Below are positions 24,079-40,236 of a DNA stretch of 64,000 nt, in pieces. Each line of letters begins with the position of its first letter. Position 1 is the stretch's first letter. The position numbers were made by a program, and so were the translations under genes. Source of the DNA: Eledone cirrhosa (taxonomy: Eukaryota); the NCBI GenBank assembly GCA_964016885.1, contig OZ024761.1, positions 30,628,001 to 30,692,000 on the forward strand. The letters are read 5' to 3'. A model generated the notes under the pieces. It did no database searches and was not told where the DNA came from. It saw nothing but the letters and a program-made list of their open reading frames with translations.

Positions 24079-25165
24079 CCTTTTGTGACAATATATATTG
24101 TTTTAACGCTAGATTATTAACAACAATATATTGTATTTGTTGGCCTATTGGACGCAGAAGACGCTCACTCGATTTTTATTATATTTTACGTTGTATTTTG
24201 AGGTTTATAGACATTTCTATGGACCACCTACAATATTCGCGGTTTTTCACTATTCTCGGGTTCTCTAGGACTGTAAACCCCACGAATGCCGGGGGGTAAA
24301 TGTATATGAATATATCGACTGATAATATACAGTATAATTGTACGAGTATGCATATACATAGCAATATATATACATATTTACACATATATGTACATATCTA
24401 TATATAGACGCACATGTATATATATATATATAGACACACATGTATATATATATATATATGCATGTATGTATATATGTATACACATATATATATATATGAA
24501 TGTCTGTATATATGTACATATATATATATATATATACACATAGACATGTGTGTGTGTACATTCTTAGGTATATACATATATATTTATACACACATACATA
24601 CAAATATATATATTTCTATGAGTCACAGTTTATTACACATTGGAGACAGAGTGAGAGATTTAGCTTTCATTTTTAGCAGATTTAGAAACTTTGCAAACGC
24701 TTTATTTTTTCTTATTGCCGGTACTCTGAACACGATTTGAAATGACTGGAGTGAGTTTATAAAAGGGTAAACTGAAATAGTTGCACCGGTAACATATTTA
24801 GTGTTACACCGGTATTTTCGAAACAGTCTCTTTCGCATTCGTCTGCAAGAGGTAACGGTTTCTATGCCGTCTCTGTTAGTGTAGAACTGTAGGTTGACTT
24901 GCCTGGTTTTTACAACTCTTTGTCAACATGCATATTATTATTATATACTTTCAAACACACTTACATATATTATATTTATAAACATATAGGATTTTACTAA
25001 GTTTTTATTCTTTCTAATGTGAAGAGATAGAAATAATAAGTTAAAACTAAAGTATAATGATATAACAACCGTATTTAATAGTTTTCTCCCCTTTATTGAG
25101 ATGCAAACGTTTTAAAGAAAAAACATGACAGTATAAGAAATATTTAATATCATAACATATAATAT

Positions 25166-27687
25166 TTCAGGTAGGATGGTCGTTTCTCTTGTCTTCCACC
25201 TCTAGTTGTAGATTCTTCATGTCCTCTCGAGCCATAATTATGTCGTCGACATATGCATAAGTTTGATTTCTTCTTGAATGAATTGCAAATCTTGAGGTAG
25301 CCTTCTTGGTACATTTATTAGCTTTAATTCGTGTTTACACTGCTTGTAATAATTCGTACGTTTTTTACTTTAGATGAAACATGTATATAAAAACGTCTGT
25401 GGCTTTAGTATACCGTTAAGTTTGATTTCAATAGAAAAATACTTACTGAACATGTGTAACACAATTATAACTGGATCTACTTAGTTCCTAGCCACTAGAA
25501 AAAAATCTATTTGATAGAAGTTATTTCCTAGTTCTATGCACTGTCAATATCCCTTCTACTTTTTATATGCTTGTGTTTGTTAAAGAAACATTCTCTGATT
25601 TAGGAACCACGATCTTCTCGCACCACCGTTGTAGTAATTCTTGTTAAATGTTTTGTCTGGTCTATTGTCAATAAGTGGCCTTGTTTTCTGATTATGAATA
25701 AAGTTAAGTGGTCTACTGAATTGTCTTAATTATTGCTAATTTATAAGTTTGTTTAACTGCCGATAACTTTTAAATCTATTTCTTAAGTTGCTTAGGCCTA
25801 CAAATCTTATATCAATGTCCCTTCTTTTGACACTTTCTACGAGTGAATCCTTAAATTGACATTTTATTTTGGGTTGTACTGCCTTATCCCACCTATAACA
25901 GCTAGAAGCAAATATAGTAAAAACAGGTCCTTGACTGTGGAGACTAAATATGAGTTATGTTGAATACAATTGTTGAGGTTTATTCAATCTAAGAGAAGAA
26001 AAAATAAGTAAAGTGCAAAATTAACGTTTAAAGAGAAGAAAAGTATTTCTCTTTCTCTCTGGCAAAATAAATCTGCTGTTTTTAGACCTAGAGGAGGGGA
26101 GGATTGACTCAGTCAGGTTTAAATGCCCACATGACGGTAATTACGGCACCCCTACAACAACAGTTAAGTGTCTATAACCACCACGCATTTATGAGACTAA
26201 AAACCTTGCTAGTGTATTTTTATTTTGGTACAAAAGTTTTTAAATAATTTCATAAGTTTTAAATTCAAGTAAGTCCAATATAACGTATTTAAACGAATCT
26301 ATAGATAGGATTTCAATATCTTCCAGAGCTTATGAAATAGTAAAACAATTTTTTTTCTTTTCAATTATATCAAATACCATAAGTTGTTGTTTATGAAAGA
26401 AATGCTAAAATAGATTTAGTTAGTATGACTCTGAAATGTGTTCATAAACGGTAATGTTATGTTTTCCTTAGAGCCTGTCTGTCTTACAGTATGTTTACAC
26501 ACAATACATACATGCATAGACATAAATTAATTGTTTATTATCTATATTCATCTGTTTACACTCCTCGTAATAATTCGAGCGGTTTTGTTTTTTCTTCAGG
26601 AGATACGTAGATAGAAAAACGTTTGTGGCTTTAGTATTGCTTATTTTAAAGTTTTGTTTAATTGCCGATAAATTTGAAATATATTTGTTAGGTTTCTTAG
26701 AACTACAAATCTTTCTTATGACACTTACTACGGAATACATTCTTAGCTGGATACTTTACTTTGTGATTACTTTCCTCCCAAAGCCATGACAGCTTGAATC
26801 AGATGTAGCAAAAACTTGGGAAGGCTGACATGAGTTATGTTGAATATAAGTGTAGACGTAAAATATTTTTGTTTATTCAATCTAAAGGGAAGGAAAAAGA
26901 ATTATAAGTCAAGTGCAAAATTAACGTTTAAAGGCATAAGAAAGGTATCTCGCTTTCTCTCCTGTAAAACAAATAGGCTGTTTTTAGACCAGGAGGATGG
27001 GAGGATTGACTCAGTCAGATTTAAATGCACACATGACGGTAAATACGACAGTCCTACAACAGTTAAGTGTCTATAACAACCATGCATTTAAGAGACTGAA
27101 AACCTTACTAATGTGTTTTTATTTTGGTATTTAAAAACAAATTATATATTTAATTTCATGTAAGTCAAATACAATGTATTTAAATGAATCTACAGATGGA
27201 GTTGCAATATCTGCCAGGACTTTGGAAATAGGGAAATATATAATTTTTTTAATTAAAACTACTTTTCAAAGGAATAATAAAGATATATATATACACACAC
27301 ACACACACATCTCTAGTGGAGATATTTCTGAGATTGGAAACCCTATCGATGTATGTATTTTGTCACTGAAAAGTTATCAAAAAATTATTATTATATATAC
27401 ATGTTTGTGTTTTTGACGTAAGTAAAACGAATCTATATACGAGGTTTTCGATACCTGCCAGAGCTTATGAAATAGTAAAAGAATATTTTTATTTTTCAAT
27501 TATGTCAAACATCGTATGTGGTTCTTTATTAAAGAAATGCTAAAATAGATTTAAATATATGAAATTTGCACAGTAGAATTACGGCCGCTTGGCTGGCGTC
27601 TGGTAAAGTGGTGGTAGTGTAGGTTCGAGCGGAGGGGAAACTAAAAAGGTGGCTTCGAGATGATCGTGGCCCCGGGTAGCCCAGAAG
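25166..27687 (-). mobile_element. Gypsy relics A+B+C, unit 5
   Basis: Copy of 113-2645. Confidence 0.8.
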
Positions 27688-27920
27688 ATAGAGACCAATC
27701 TCTTAAATTAAAAATGTTTTAAACTTAAGATAAAGTAGACGATCGAAACCCTATCTCCAAATCTATACACACTCAATTGATGCATAGATACACCACAACT
27801 ACCCACATGACCACCTACAGACCAACAAATATGGAGTGAAAATAAACACATTTAAAGCTATTTTATTGTTAGACTAAAAATAAGTTTATATATGTAAATA
27901 TTCAAAAGAAAATCACTTAA

Positions 27921-27991
27921 GTCTTTATAGTCTAGTGGTAAGACATAGGACTGGGGAATGCCGTGTTTGGATTTCGAATCAACTTAAAACA
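27921..27991 (+). pseudogene. tRNA-like sequence, unit 5
   Basis: Copy of 2887-2957. Confidence 0.62.
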
Positions 27992-29528
27992 TTTTTTTTA
28001 TCCTCACACTGTAAGGAATTTGCTTGATTTGAACACGTAGTCATACCATTTAAAGCTTTATTTTTCTCTTTCTAGTCGTAACACAGTCAGCATATAAATA
28101 AACGTGATTCACTTCAACACGTTGCCATACCATTTAAAACTTTATTTGGAGATGAGACAAAGACACATAAATACACTAAGTAGTAAACCCTTGATTTAAC
28201 TTACTATGAAGATGAAGAATGTCTGTTAATATCAAAGTGACGTTAAATTTAGGGGTCACTTTCATTGTTTTTAATTTACAGAAACTCCTTAATATAATAC
28301 AATGTATATATTAGAAGGAATATTTTTTATTTTCTTGTTCCGTCAAACCTTGCGTTTATTCTACACACACACACGTCGAAACACTTGCTTGAGCTGGCTT
28401 TCTTAGACATAATGAGAAGTGTTGGCTTTGTGGAGATTGATACAACTTTGGGTGATGTTACGAGGAGAGGCAAGGCTATGGAGAGTGTCTTAGTGGAAGA
28501 GATGATATCAGAGCAGTAACCTCCAAAGAGATGAAATTAGTGACTGAGATGCTATCATTGCATAGTTCAGAATATATATAACAAACATATACTATAAATT
28601 TAACAAGTCAAACTACAGTTATACTCTAACACGGAAGACAAATAAAACTTTACCTCTATCATGCACGTCGTATCCAGTGTGTTGTTATAAGAAAACCGGT
28701 GAAACACTAAATATGCCACCAGTGTAGCGATTTTATACTCTCTCTGCTTCATCGTACCACCCAGTAACATGAAACTGTGTTCAAATCCCTGGGAGGTAGA
28801 ATTACGTCGCTTTAAATAAACACACTGGGGTCAGTTTGAATATTGATTTCATGTGAAAAATATATACATATTATGATTGTACTCCGAACTATCAATATTG
28901 AAACAATTCTAATGCGCCAATAAAATTTATATATCTATACAGCAACAGTGTTTTCGATCTTTCTTACTTTTTTATTCACATTCTACAGTCACTTTAACTC
29001 TGTAATAAAACCCAACACGAGACGAACGTTAACTGCAAGTTACCCACGAAATTAACGCAAACACAAATGAATATATATATATATACTACTAAAATGTATT
29101 TAAAATTAAAAAATAAATACTTAAATTCAATGTATAATTACACGTACAATATGTTTTGTTGTAAAACCCTAAATAATGATTTAAGAAATGATGTCAATCT
29201 CTTTGTACAGAGATAAACATTAATTTATGTATATGCATTGTGTGTGCGTATATACTCCATTTAAGACAGCGAAAAAGCCAGTACCTCCTTCGAAGAATGC
29301 CAAATAGTTTATGCCTCAGGGATACCGGTGTAACACTAATTAAGTTACCGGTGTAGATATTTCAGTTGAACCCTGCTTCAACAAACTACCCGGTAATTTG
29401 AAATCGAGTTCAGAGTGAGGGGTGTAAAACAGAATTCTGTTTGGAAAATAGTAAATTCTAAACCTGCTAGAAATAATAGCCAAATGTCGTACTTTGGGTA
29501 CGAGGTGCGACTCGTCTTACCTCTTCTA

Positions 29529-29560
<32 letters not shown>

Positions 29561-29794
29561 AGATTCACGGGTCGCGGCGGAGAGAAACCACAATAAATAC
29601 AATGTACTCAATAGATTGGCATAGTATATATATATATGTGTGTACATATAAATATGTGTGTGTGTGTATGTATATATATATATGTATAAATGTATATATA
29701 CATATAAATACTTATATATATATATACATAAACATATGTATACATACACACATATATAAATAAATATGTGTGTATATATATATATATCTGTGTG

Positions 29795-29834
<40 letters not shown>

Positions 29835-29877
29835 TTACTTAGGTTCTAAGGAATATTCCGCGAATGTCGGGGTTTAC

Positions 29878-29917
<40 letters not shown>

Positions 29918-30310
29918 CATATTTATTACTTTCACTGTTATTTCTAGCATAAAAAAGAAAAACCGGAAGGGGAGAAAATTGAAAAACTTCTTCTTTTTCC
30001 CTCCTCTAACTTTTTAAACAAAAGGAAATTTGATGTAAACAAAAACGAAATTTTTGCCAAGAAAGATAACTCTTCTCTGACTTAAATCCAAAATTGGGAT
30101 ACAAAAAAAATTCCGCAATTTTTTGTATCCCAATTTTGGATTTAAGTCAGAGAAGAGTTATCTTTCTTGGCAAAAATTTCGTTTTTGTTTACATAAAATT
30201 CTCTTTTGTTTGAAAAGTTAGAGGAGGGAAAAAGAAGAAGTTTTTCAATTTTCTCCACTTCCCGTTTTTTCTAGTGTATACTAGAAATAGCAGTCAAAGC
30301 AATATATATG
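29918..30310. repeat. 393-bp palindrome, unit 5
   Basis: Copy of 4891-5283. Confidence 0.96.
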
Positions 30311-30744
30311 CCTTTTGTGACAATATATATTGTTTTAACGCTAGATTATTAACAACAATATATTGTATTTGTTGGCCTATTGGACGCAGAAGACGCTCAC
30401 TCGATTTTTATTATATTTTACGTTGTATTTTGAGGTTTATAGACATTTCTATGGACCACCTACAATATTCGCGGTTTTTCACTATTCTCGGGTTCTCTAG
30501 GACTGTAAACCCCACGAATGCCGGGGGGTAAATGTATATGAATATATCGACTGATAATATACAGTATAATTGTACGAGTATGCATATACATAGCAATATA
30601 TATACATATTTACACATATATGTACATATCTATATATAGACGCACATGTATATATATATATATAGACACACATGTATATATATATATATATGCATGTATG
30701 TATATATGTATACACATATATATATATATGAATGTCTGTATATA

Positions 30745-30784
<40 letters not shown>

Positions 30785-31413
30785 GACATGTGTGTGTGTG
30801 TGTGTACATTCTTAGGTATATACATATATATTTATACACACATACATACAAATATATATATTTCTATGAGTCACAGTTTATTACACATTGGAGACAGAGT
30901 GAGAGATTTAGCTTTCATTTTTAGCAGATTTAGAAACTTTGCAAACGCTTTATTTTTTCTTATTGCCGGTACTCTGAACACGATTTGAAATGACTGGAGT
31001 GAGTTTATAAAAGGGTAAACTGAAATAGTTGCACCGGTAATATATTTAGTGTTACACCGGTATTTTCGAAACAGTCTCTTTCGCATTCGTCTGCAAGAGG
31101 TAACGTTTTCTATGCCGTCTCTGTTAGTGTAGAACTGTAGGTTGACTTGCCTGGTTTTTACAACTCTTTGTCAACATGCATATTATTATTATCTACTTTC
31201 AAACACACTTACATATATTATATTTATAAACATATAGGATTTTACTAAGTTTTTATTCTTTCTAATGTGAAGAGATAGAAATAATAAGTTAAAACTAAAG
31301 TATAATGATATAACAACCGTATATAATAGTTTTCTCCCCTTTATTGAGATGCAAACGTTTTAAAGAAAAAACATGACAGTATAAGAAATATTTAATATCA
31401 TAACATATAATAT

Positions 31414-33536
31414 TTCAGGTAGGATGGTCGTTTCTCTTGTCTTCCACCTCTAGTTGTAGATTCTTCATGTCCTCTCTAGCCATAATTATGTCGTCGACAT
31501 ATGCATAAGTTTGATTTCTTCTTGAATGAATTGCAAATCTTGAGGTAGCCTTCTTGGTACATTTATTAGCTTTAATTCGTGTTTACACTGCTTGTAATAA
31601 TTCGTACGTTTTTTACTTTAGATGAAACATATATATAAAAACGTCTGTGGCTGTAGTATACCTTTAAGTTTGATTTCAATAGAAAAATACTTACTGAACA
31701 TGTGTAACACAATTATAACTGGATCTACTTAGTTCCTAGCCACTAGAAAAAAATCTATTTGATAGAAGTTATTTCCTAGTTCTATGCACTGTCAATATCC
31801 CTTCTACTTTTTATATGCTTGTGTTTGTTAAAGAAACATTCTCTGATTTAGGAACCACGATCTTCTCGCACCACCGTTGTAGTAATTCTTGTTGAATGTT
31901 TTGTCTGGTCTATTGTCAATAAGTGGCCTTGTTTTCTGATTATGAATAAAGTTAAGTGGTCTACTGAATTGTCTTAATTATTGCTAATTTATAAGTTTGT
32001 TTAACTGCCGATAACTTTTAAATCTATTTCTTAGGTTGCTTAGGCCTACAAATCTTATATCAATGTCCCTTCTTTTGACACTTTCTACGAGTGAATCCTT
32101 AAATTGACATTTTATTTTGGGTTGTACTGCCTTATCCCACCTATAACAGCTAGAAGCAAATATAGTAAAAACAGGTCCTTGACTGTGGAGACTAAATATG
32201 AGTTATGTTGAATACAATTGTTGAGGTTTATTCAATCTAAGAGAAGAAAAAATAAGTAAAGTGCAAAATTAACGTTTAAAGAGAAGAAAAGTATTTCTCT
32301 TTCTCTCTGGCAAAATAAATCTGCTGTTTTTAGACCTAGAGGAGGGGAGGATTGACTCAGTCAGGTTTAAATGCCCACATGACGGTAATTACGGCACCCC
32401 TACAACAACAGTTAAGTGTCTATAACCACCACGCATTTATGAGACTAAAAACCTTGCTAGTGTATTTTTATTTTGGTACAAAAGTTTTTAAATAATTTCA
32501 TAAGTTTTAAATTCAAGTAAGTCCAATATAACGTATTTAAACGAATCTATAGATAGGATTTCAATATCTTCCAGAGCTTATGAAATAGTAAAACAATTTT
32601 TTTTCTTTTCAATTATATCAAATACCATAAGTTGTTGTTTATGAAAGAAATGCTAAAATAGATTTAGTTAGTATGACTCTGAAATGTGTTCATAAACGGT
32701 AATGTTATGTTTTCCTTAGAGCCTGTCTGTCTTACAGTATGTTTACACACAATACATACATGCATAGACATAAATTAATTGTTTATTATCTATATTCATC
32801 TGTTTACACTCCTCGTAATAATTCGAGCGGTTTTGTTTTTGTTTTTTCTTCAAGAGATACGTAGATAGAAAAACGTTTGTGGCTTTAGTATTGCTTATTT
32901 TAAAGTTTTGTTTAATTGCCGATAAATTTGAAATATATTTGTTAGGTTTCTTAGAACTACAAATCTTTCTTATGACACTTACTACGGAATAAATTCTTAG
33001 CTGGATACTTTACTTTGTGATTACTTTCCTCCCAAAGCCATGACAGCTTGAATCAGATGTAGCAAAAACTTGGGAAGACTGACATGAGTTATGTTGAATA
33101 TAAGTGTAGACGTAAAATATTTTTGTTTATTCAATCTAAAGGGAAGGAAAAAGAATTATAAGTCAAGTGCAAAATTAACGTTTAAAGGCATAAGAAAGGT
33201 ATCTCGCTTTCTCTCCTGTAAAACAAATAGGCTGTTTTTAGACCAGGAGGATGGGAGGATTGACTCAGTCAGATTTAAATGCACACATGACGGTAAATAC
33301 GACAGTCCTACAACAGTTAAGTGTCTATAACAACCATGCATTTAAGAGACTGAAAACCTTACTAATGTGTTTTTATTTTGGTATTTAAAAACAAATTATA
33401 TATTTAATTTCATGTAAGTCAAATACAATGTATTTAAATGAATCTACAGATGGAGTTGCAATATCTGCCAGGACTTTGGAAATAGGGAAATATATAATTT
33501 TTTAAATTAAAACTACTTTTCAAAGGAATAATAAAG

Positions 33537-33576
<40 letters not shown>

Positions 33577-33953
33577 CTCTAGTGGAGATATTTCTGAGAT
33601 TGGAAACCCTATCGATGTATGTATTTTGTCACTGAAAAGTTATCAAAAAATTATTATTATATATACATGTTTGTGTTTTTGACGTAAGTAAAACGAATCT
33701 ATATACGAGGTTTTCGATACCTGCCAGAGCTTATGAAATAGTAAAAGAATATTTTTATTTTTCAATTATGTCAAACATCGTATGTGGTTCTTTATTAAAG
33801 AAATGCTAAAATAGATTTAAATATATGAAATTTGCACAGTAGAATTACGGCCGCTTGGCTGGCGTCTGGTAAAGTGGTGGTAGTGTAGGTTCGAGCGGAG
33901 GGGAAACTAAAAAGGTGGCTTCGAGATGATCGTGGCCCCGGGTAGCCCAGAAG
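31414..33953 (-). mobile_element. Gypsy relics A+B+C, unit 6
   Basis: Copy of 113-2645. Confidence 0.8.
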
Positions 33954-34186
33954 ATAGAGACCAATCTCTTAAATTAAAAATGTTTTAAACTTAAGATAAA
34001 GTAGATGATCGAAACCCTATCTCCAAATCTATACACACTCAATTGATGCATAGATACACCACAACTACCCACATGACCACCTACAGACCAACAAATATGG
34101 AGTGAAAATAAACACATTTAAAGCTATTTTATTGTTAGACTAAAAATAAGTTTATATATGTAAATATTCAAAAGAAAATCACTTAA

Positions 34187-34257
34187 GTCTTTATAGTCTA
34201 GTGGTAAGACATAGGACTGGGGAATGCCGTGTTTGGATTTCGAATCAACTTAAAACA
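34187..34257 (+). pseudogene. tRNA-like sequence, unit 6
   Basis: Copy of 2887-2957. Confidence 0.62.
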
Positions 34258-35796
34258 TTTTTTTTATCCTCACACTGTAAGGAATTTGCTTGATTTGAAC
34301 ACGTAGTCATACCATTTAAAGCTTTATTTTTCTCTTTCTAGTCGTAACACAGTCAGCATATAAATAAACGTGATTCACTTCAACACGTTGCCATACCATT
34401 TAAAACTTTATTTGGAGATGAGACAAAGACACATAAATACACTAAGTAGTAAACCCTTGATTTAACTTACTATGAAGATGAAGAATGTCTGTTAATATCA
34501 AAGTGACGTTAAATTTAGGGGTCACTTTCATTGTTTTTAATTTACAGAAACTCCTTAATATAATACAATGTATATATTAGAAGGAATATTTTTTATTTTC
34601 TTGTTCCGTCAAACCTTGCGTTTATTCTACACACACACACGTCGAAACACTTGCTTGAGCTGGCTTTCTTAGACATAATGAGAAGTGTTGGCTTTGTGGA
34701 GATTGATACAACTTTGGGTGATGTTACGAGGAGAGGCAAGGCTATGGAGAGTGTCTTAGTGGAAGAGATGATATCAGAGCAGTAACCTCCAAAGAGATGA
34801 AATTAGTGACTGAGATGCTATCATTGCATAGTTCAGAATATATATAACAAACATATACTATAAATTTAACAAGTCAAACTACAGTTATACTCTAACACGG
34901 AAGACAAATAAAACTTTACCTCTATCATGCACGTCGTATCCAGTGTGTTGTTATAAGAAAACCGGTGAAACACTAAATATGCCACCAGTGTAGCGATTTT
35001 ATACTCTCTCTGCTTCATCGTACCACCCAGTAACATGAAACTGTGTTCAAATCCCTGGGAGGTAGAATTACGTCGCTTTAAATAAACACACTGGGGTCAG
35101 TTTGAATATTGATTTCATGTGAAAAATATATACATATTATGATTGTACTCCGAACTATCAATATTGAAACAATTCTAATGCGCCAATAAAATTTATATAT
35201 CTATACAGCAACAGTGTTTTCGATCTTTCTTACTTTTTTATTCACATTCTACAGTCACTTTAACTCTGTAATAAAACCCAACACGAGACGAACGTTAACT
35301 GCAAGTTACCCACGAAATTAACGCAAACACAAATGAATATATATATATATATACTACTAAAATGTATTTAAAATTAAAAAATAAATACTTAAATTCAATG
35401 TATAATTACACGTACAATATGTTTTGTTGTAAAACCCTAAATAATGATTTAAGAAATGATGTCAATCTCTTTGTACAGAGATAAACATTAATTTATGTAT
35501 ATGCATTGTGTGTGCGTATATACTCCATTTAAGACAGCGAAAAAGCCAGTACCTCCTTCGAAGAATGCCAAATAGTTTATGCCTCAGGGATACCGGTGTA
35601 ACACTAATTAAGTTACCGGTGTAGATATTTCAGTTGAACCCTGCTTCAACAAACTACCCGGTAATTTGAAATCGAGTTCAGAGTGAGGGGTGTAAAACAG
35701 AATTCTGTTTGGAAAATAGTAAATTCTAAACCTGCTAGAAATAATAGCCAAATGTCGTACTTTGGGTACGAGGTGCGACTCGTCTTACCTCTTCTA

Positions 35797-35836
<40 letters not shown>

Positions 35837-36070
35837 AGATTCACGGGTCGCGGCGGAGAGAAACCACAATAAATACAATGTACTCAATAGATTGGCATAG
35901 TATATATATATATGTGTGTACATATAAATATGTGTGTGTGTGTATGTATATATATATATGTATAAATGTATATATACATATAAATACTTATATATATATA
36001 TACATAAACATATGTATACATACACACATATATAAATAAATATGTGTGTATATATATATATATCTGTGTG

Positions 36071-36126
<56 letters not shown>

Positions 36127-36169
36127 TTACTTAGGTTCTAAGGAATATTCCGCGAATGTCGGGGTTTAC

Positions 36170-36200
<31 letters not shown>

Positions 36201-36207
36201 GTATATA

Positions 36208-36600
36208 CATATTTATTACTTTCACTGTTATTTCTAGCATAAAAAAGAAAAACCGGAAGGGGAGAAAATTGAAAAACTTCTTCTTTTTCCCTCCTCTAAC
36301 TTTTTAAACAAAAGGAAATTTTATGTAAACAAAAACGAAATTTTTGCCAAGAAAGATAACTCTTCTCTGACTTAAATCCAAAATTGGGATACAAAAAAAA
36401 TTCCGCAATTTTTTGTATCCCAATTTTGGATTTAAGTCAGAGAAGAGTTATCTTTCTTGGCAAAAATTTCGTTTTTGTTTACATAAAATTCTCTTTTGTT
36501 TGAAAAGTTAGAGGAGGGAAAAAGAAGAAGTTTTTCAATTTTCACCACTTCCCGTTTTTTCTAGTGTATGCTAGAAATAGCAGTCAAAGCAATATATATG
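36208..36600. repeat. 393-bp palindrome, unit 6
   Basis: Copy of 4891-5283. Confidence 0.96.
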
Positions 36601-37034
36601 CCTTTTGTGACAATATATATTGTTTTAACGCTAGATTATTAACAACAATATATTGTATTTGTTGGCCTATTGGACGCAGAAGACGCTCACTCGATTTTTA
36701 TTATATTTTACGTTGTATTTTGAGGTTTATAGACATTTCTATGGACCACCTACAATATTCGCGGTTTTTCACTATTCTCGGGTTCTCTAGGACTGTAAAC
36801 CCCACGAATGCCGGGGGGTAAATGTATATGAATATATCGACTGATAATATACAGTATAATTGTACGAGTATGCATATACATAGCAATATATATACATATT
36901 TACACATATATGTACATATCTATATATAGACGCACATGTATATATATATATATAGACACACATGTATATATATATATATATGCATGTATGTATATATGTA
37001 TACACATATATTTATATATGAATGTCTGTATATA

Positions 37035-37078
<44 letters not shown>

Positions 37079-37707
37079 GACATGTGTGTGTGTGTGTGTA
37101 CATTCTTAGGTATATACATATATATTTATACACACATACATACAAATATATATATTTCTATGAGTCACAGTTTATTACACATTGGAGACAGAGTGAGAGA
37201 TTTAGCTTTCATTTTTAGCAGATTTAGAAACTTTGCAAACGCTTTATTTTTTCTTATTGCCGGTACTCTGAACACGATTTGAAATGACTGGAGTGAGTTT
37301 ATAAAAGGGTAAACTGAAATAGTTGCACCGGTAATATATTTAGTGTTACACCGGTATTTTCGAAACAGTCTCTTTCGCATTCGTATGCAAGAGGTAACGT
37401 TTTCTATGCCGTCTCTGTTAGTGTAGAACTGTAGGTTGACTTGCCTGGTTTTTACAACTCTTTGTCAACATGCATATTATTATTATATACTTTCAAACAC
37501 ACTTACATATATTATATTTATAAACATATAGGATTTTACTAAGTTTTTATTCTTTCTAATGTGAAGAGATAGAAATAATAAGTTAAAACTAAAGTATAAT
37601 GATATAACAACCGTATATAATAGTTTTCTCCCCTTTATTGAGATGCAAACGTTTTAAAGAAAAAACATGACAGTATAAGAAATATTTAATATCATAACAT
37701 ATAATAT

Positions 37708-40236
37708 TTCAGGTAGGATGGTCGTTTCTCTTGTCTTCCACCTCTAGTTGTAGATTCTTCATGTCCTCTCTAGCCATAATTATGTCGTCGACATATGCAT
37801 AAGTTTGATTTCTTCTTGAATGAATTGCAAATCTTGAGGTAGCCTTCTTGGTACATTTATTAGCTTTAATTCGTGTTTACACTGCTTGTAATAATTCGTA
37901 CGTTTTTTACTTTAGATGAAACATATATATAAAAACGTCTGTGGCTGTAGTATACCTTTAAGTTTGATTTCAATAGAAAAATACTTACTGAACATGTGTA
38001 ACACAATTATAACTGGATCTACTTAGTTCCTAGCCACTAGAAAAAAATCTATTTGATAGAAGTTATTTCCTAGTTCTATGCACTGTCAATATCCCTTCTA
38101 CTTTTTATATGCTTGTGTTTGTTAAAGAAACATTCTCTGATTTAGGAACCACGATCTTCTCGCACCACCGTTGTAGTAATTCTTGTTAAATGTTTTGTCT
38201 GGTCTATTGTCAATAAGTGGCCTTGTTTTCTGATTATGAATAAAGTTAAGTGGTCTACTGAATTGTCTTAATTATTGCTAATTTATAAGTTTGTTTAACT
38301 GCCGATAACTTTTAAATCTATTTCTTAGGTTGCTTAGGCCTACAAATCTTATATCAGTGTCCCTTCTTTTGACACTTTCTACGAGTGAATCCTTAAATTG
38401 ACATTTTATTTTGGGTTGTACTGCCTTATCCCACCTATAACAGCTAGAAGCAAATATAGTAAAAACAGGTCCTTGACTGTGGAGACTAATATGAGTTATG
38501 TTGAATATAATTGTTGAGGTTTATTCAATCTAAGAGAAGAAAAAATAAGTAAAGTGCAAAATTAACGTTTAAAGACAAGAAAAGTATTTCTCTTTCTCTC
38601 TGGCAAAATAAATCTGCTGTTTTTAGACCTAGAGGAGGGGAGGATTGACTCGGTCAGGTTTAAATGCCCACATGACGGTAATTACGGCACCCCTACAACA
38701 ACAGTTAAGTGTCTATAACCACCACGCATTTATGAGACTAAAAACCTTGCTAGTGTATTTTTATTTTGGTACAAAAGTTTTTAAATAATTTCATAAGTTT
38801 TAAATTCAAGTAAGTCCAATATAACGTATTTAAACGAATCTATAGATAGGATTTCAATATCTTCCAGAGCTTATGAAATAGTAAAACAATTTTTTTTCTT
38901 TTCAATTATATCAAATACCATAAGTTGTTGTTTATGAAAGAAATGCTAAAATAGATTTAGTTAGTATGACTCTGAAATGTGTTCATAAACGGTAATGTTA
39001 TGTTTTCCTTAGAGCCTGTCTGTCTTACAGTATGTTTACACACAATACATACATGCATAGACATAAATTAATTGTTTATTATCTATATTCATCTGTTTAC
39101 ACTCCTCGTAATAATTCGAGCGGTTTTGTTTTTGTTTTTTCTTCAAGAGATACGTAGATAGAAAAACGTTTGTGGCTTTAGTATTGCTTATTTTAAAGTT
39201 TTGTTTAATTGCCGATAAATTTGAAATATATTTGTTAGGTTTCTTAGAACTACAAATCTTTCTTATGACACTTACTACGGAATAAATTCTTAGCTGGATA
39301 CTTTACTTTGTGATTACTTTCCTCCCAAAGCCATGACAGCTTGAATCAGATGTAGCAAAAACTTGGGAAGACTGACATGAGTTATGTTGAATATAAGTGT
39401 AGACGTAAAATATTTTTGTTTATTCAATCTAAAGGGAAGGAAAAAGAATTATAAGTCAAGTGCAAAATTAACGTTTAAAGGCATAAGAAAGGTATCTCGC
39501 TTTCTCTCCTGTAAAACAAATAGGCTGTTTTTAGACCAGGAGGATGGGAGGATTGACTCAGTCAGATTTAAATGCACACATGACGGTAAATACGACAGTC
39601 CTACAACAGTTAAGTGTCTATAACAACCATGCATTTAAGAGACTGAAAACCTTACTAATGTGTTTTTATTTTGGTATTTAAAAACAAATTATATATTTAA
39701 TTTCATGTAAGTCAAATACAATGTATTTAAATGAATCTACAGATGGAGTTGCAATATCTGCCAGGACTTTGGAAATAGGGAAATATATAATTTTTTAAAT
39801 TAAAACTACTTTTCAAAGGAATAATAAAGATATATATATACACACACACACACACACATCTCTAGTGGAGATATTTCTGAGATTGGAAACCCTATCGATG
39901 TATGTATTTTGTCACTGAAAAGTTATCAAAAAATTATTATTATATATACATGTTTGTGTTTTTGACGTAAGTAAAACGAATCTATATACGAGGTTTTCGA
40001 TACCTGCCAGAGCTTATGAAATAGTAAAAGAATATTTTTATTTTTCAATTATGTCAAACATCGTATGTGGTTCTTTATTAAAGAAATGCTAAAATAGATT
40101 TAAATATATGAAATTTGCACAGTAGAATTACGGCCGCTTGGCTGGCGTCTGGTAAAGTGGTGGTAGTGTAGGTTCGAGCGGAGGGGAAACTAAAAAGGTG
40201 GCTTCGAGATGATCGTGGCCCCGGGTAGCCCAGAAG
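37708..40236 (-). mobile_element. Gypsy relics A+B+C, unit 7
   Basis: Copy of 113-2645. Confidence 0.8.

Larger units (their letters stand above)
18777..25053. repeat. Array unit 4 (6277 bp)
   Basis: Anchor-to-anchor distance. Confidence 0.97.
25054..31301. repeat. Array unit 5 (6248 bp)
   Basis: Anchor-to-anchor distance. Confidence 0.97.
31302..37595. repeat. Array unit 6 (6294 bp)
   Basis: Anchor-to-anchor distance. Confidence 0.97.
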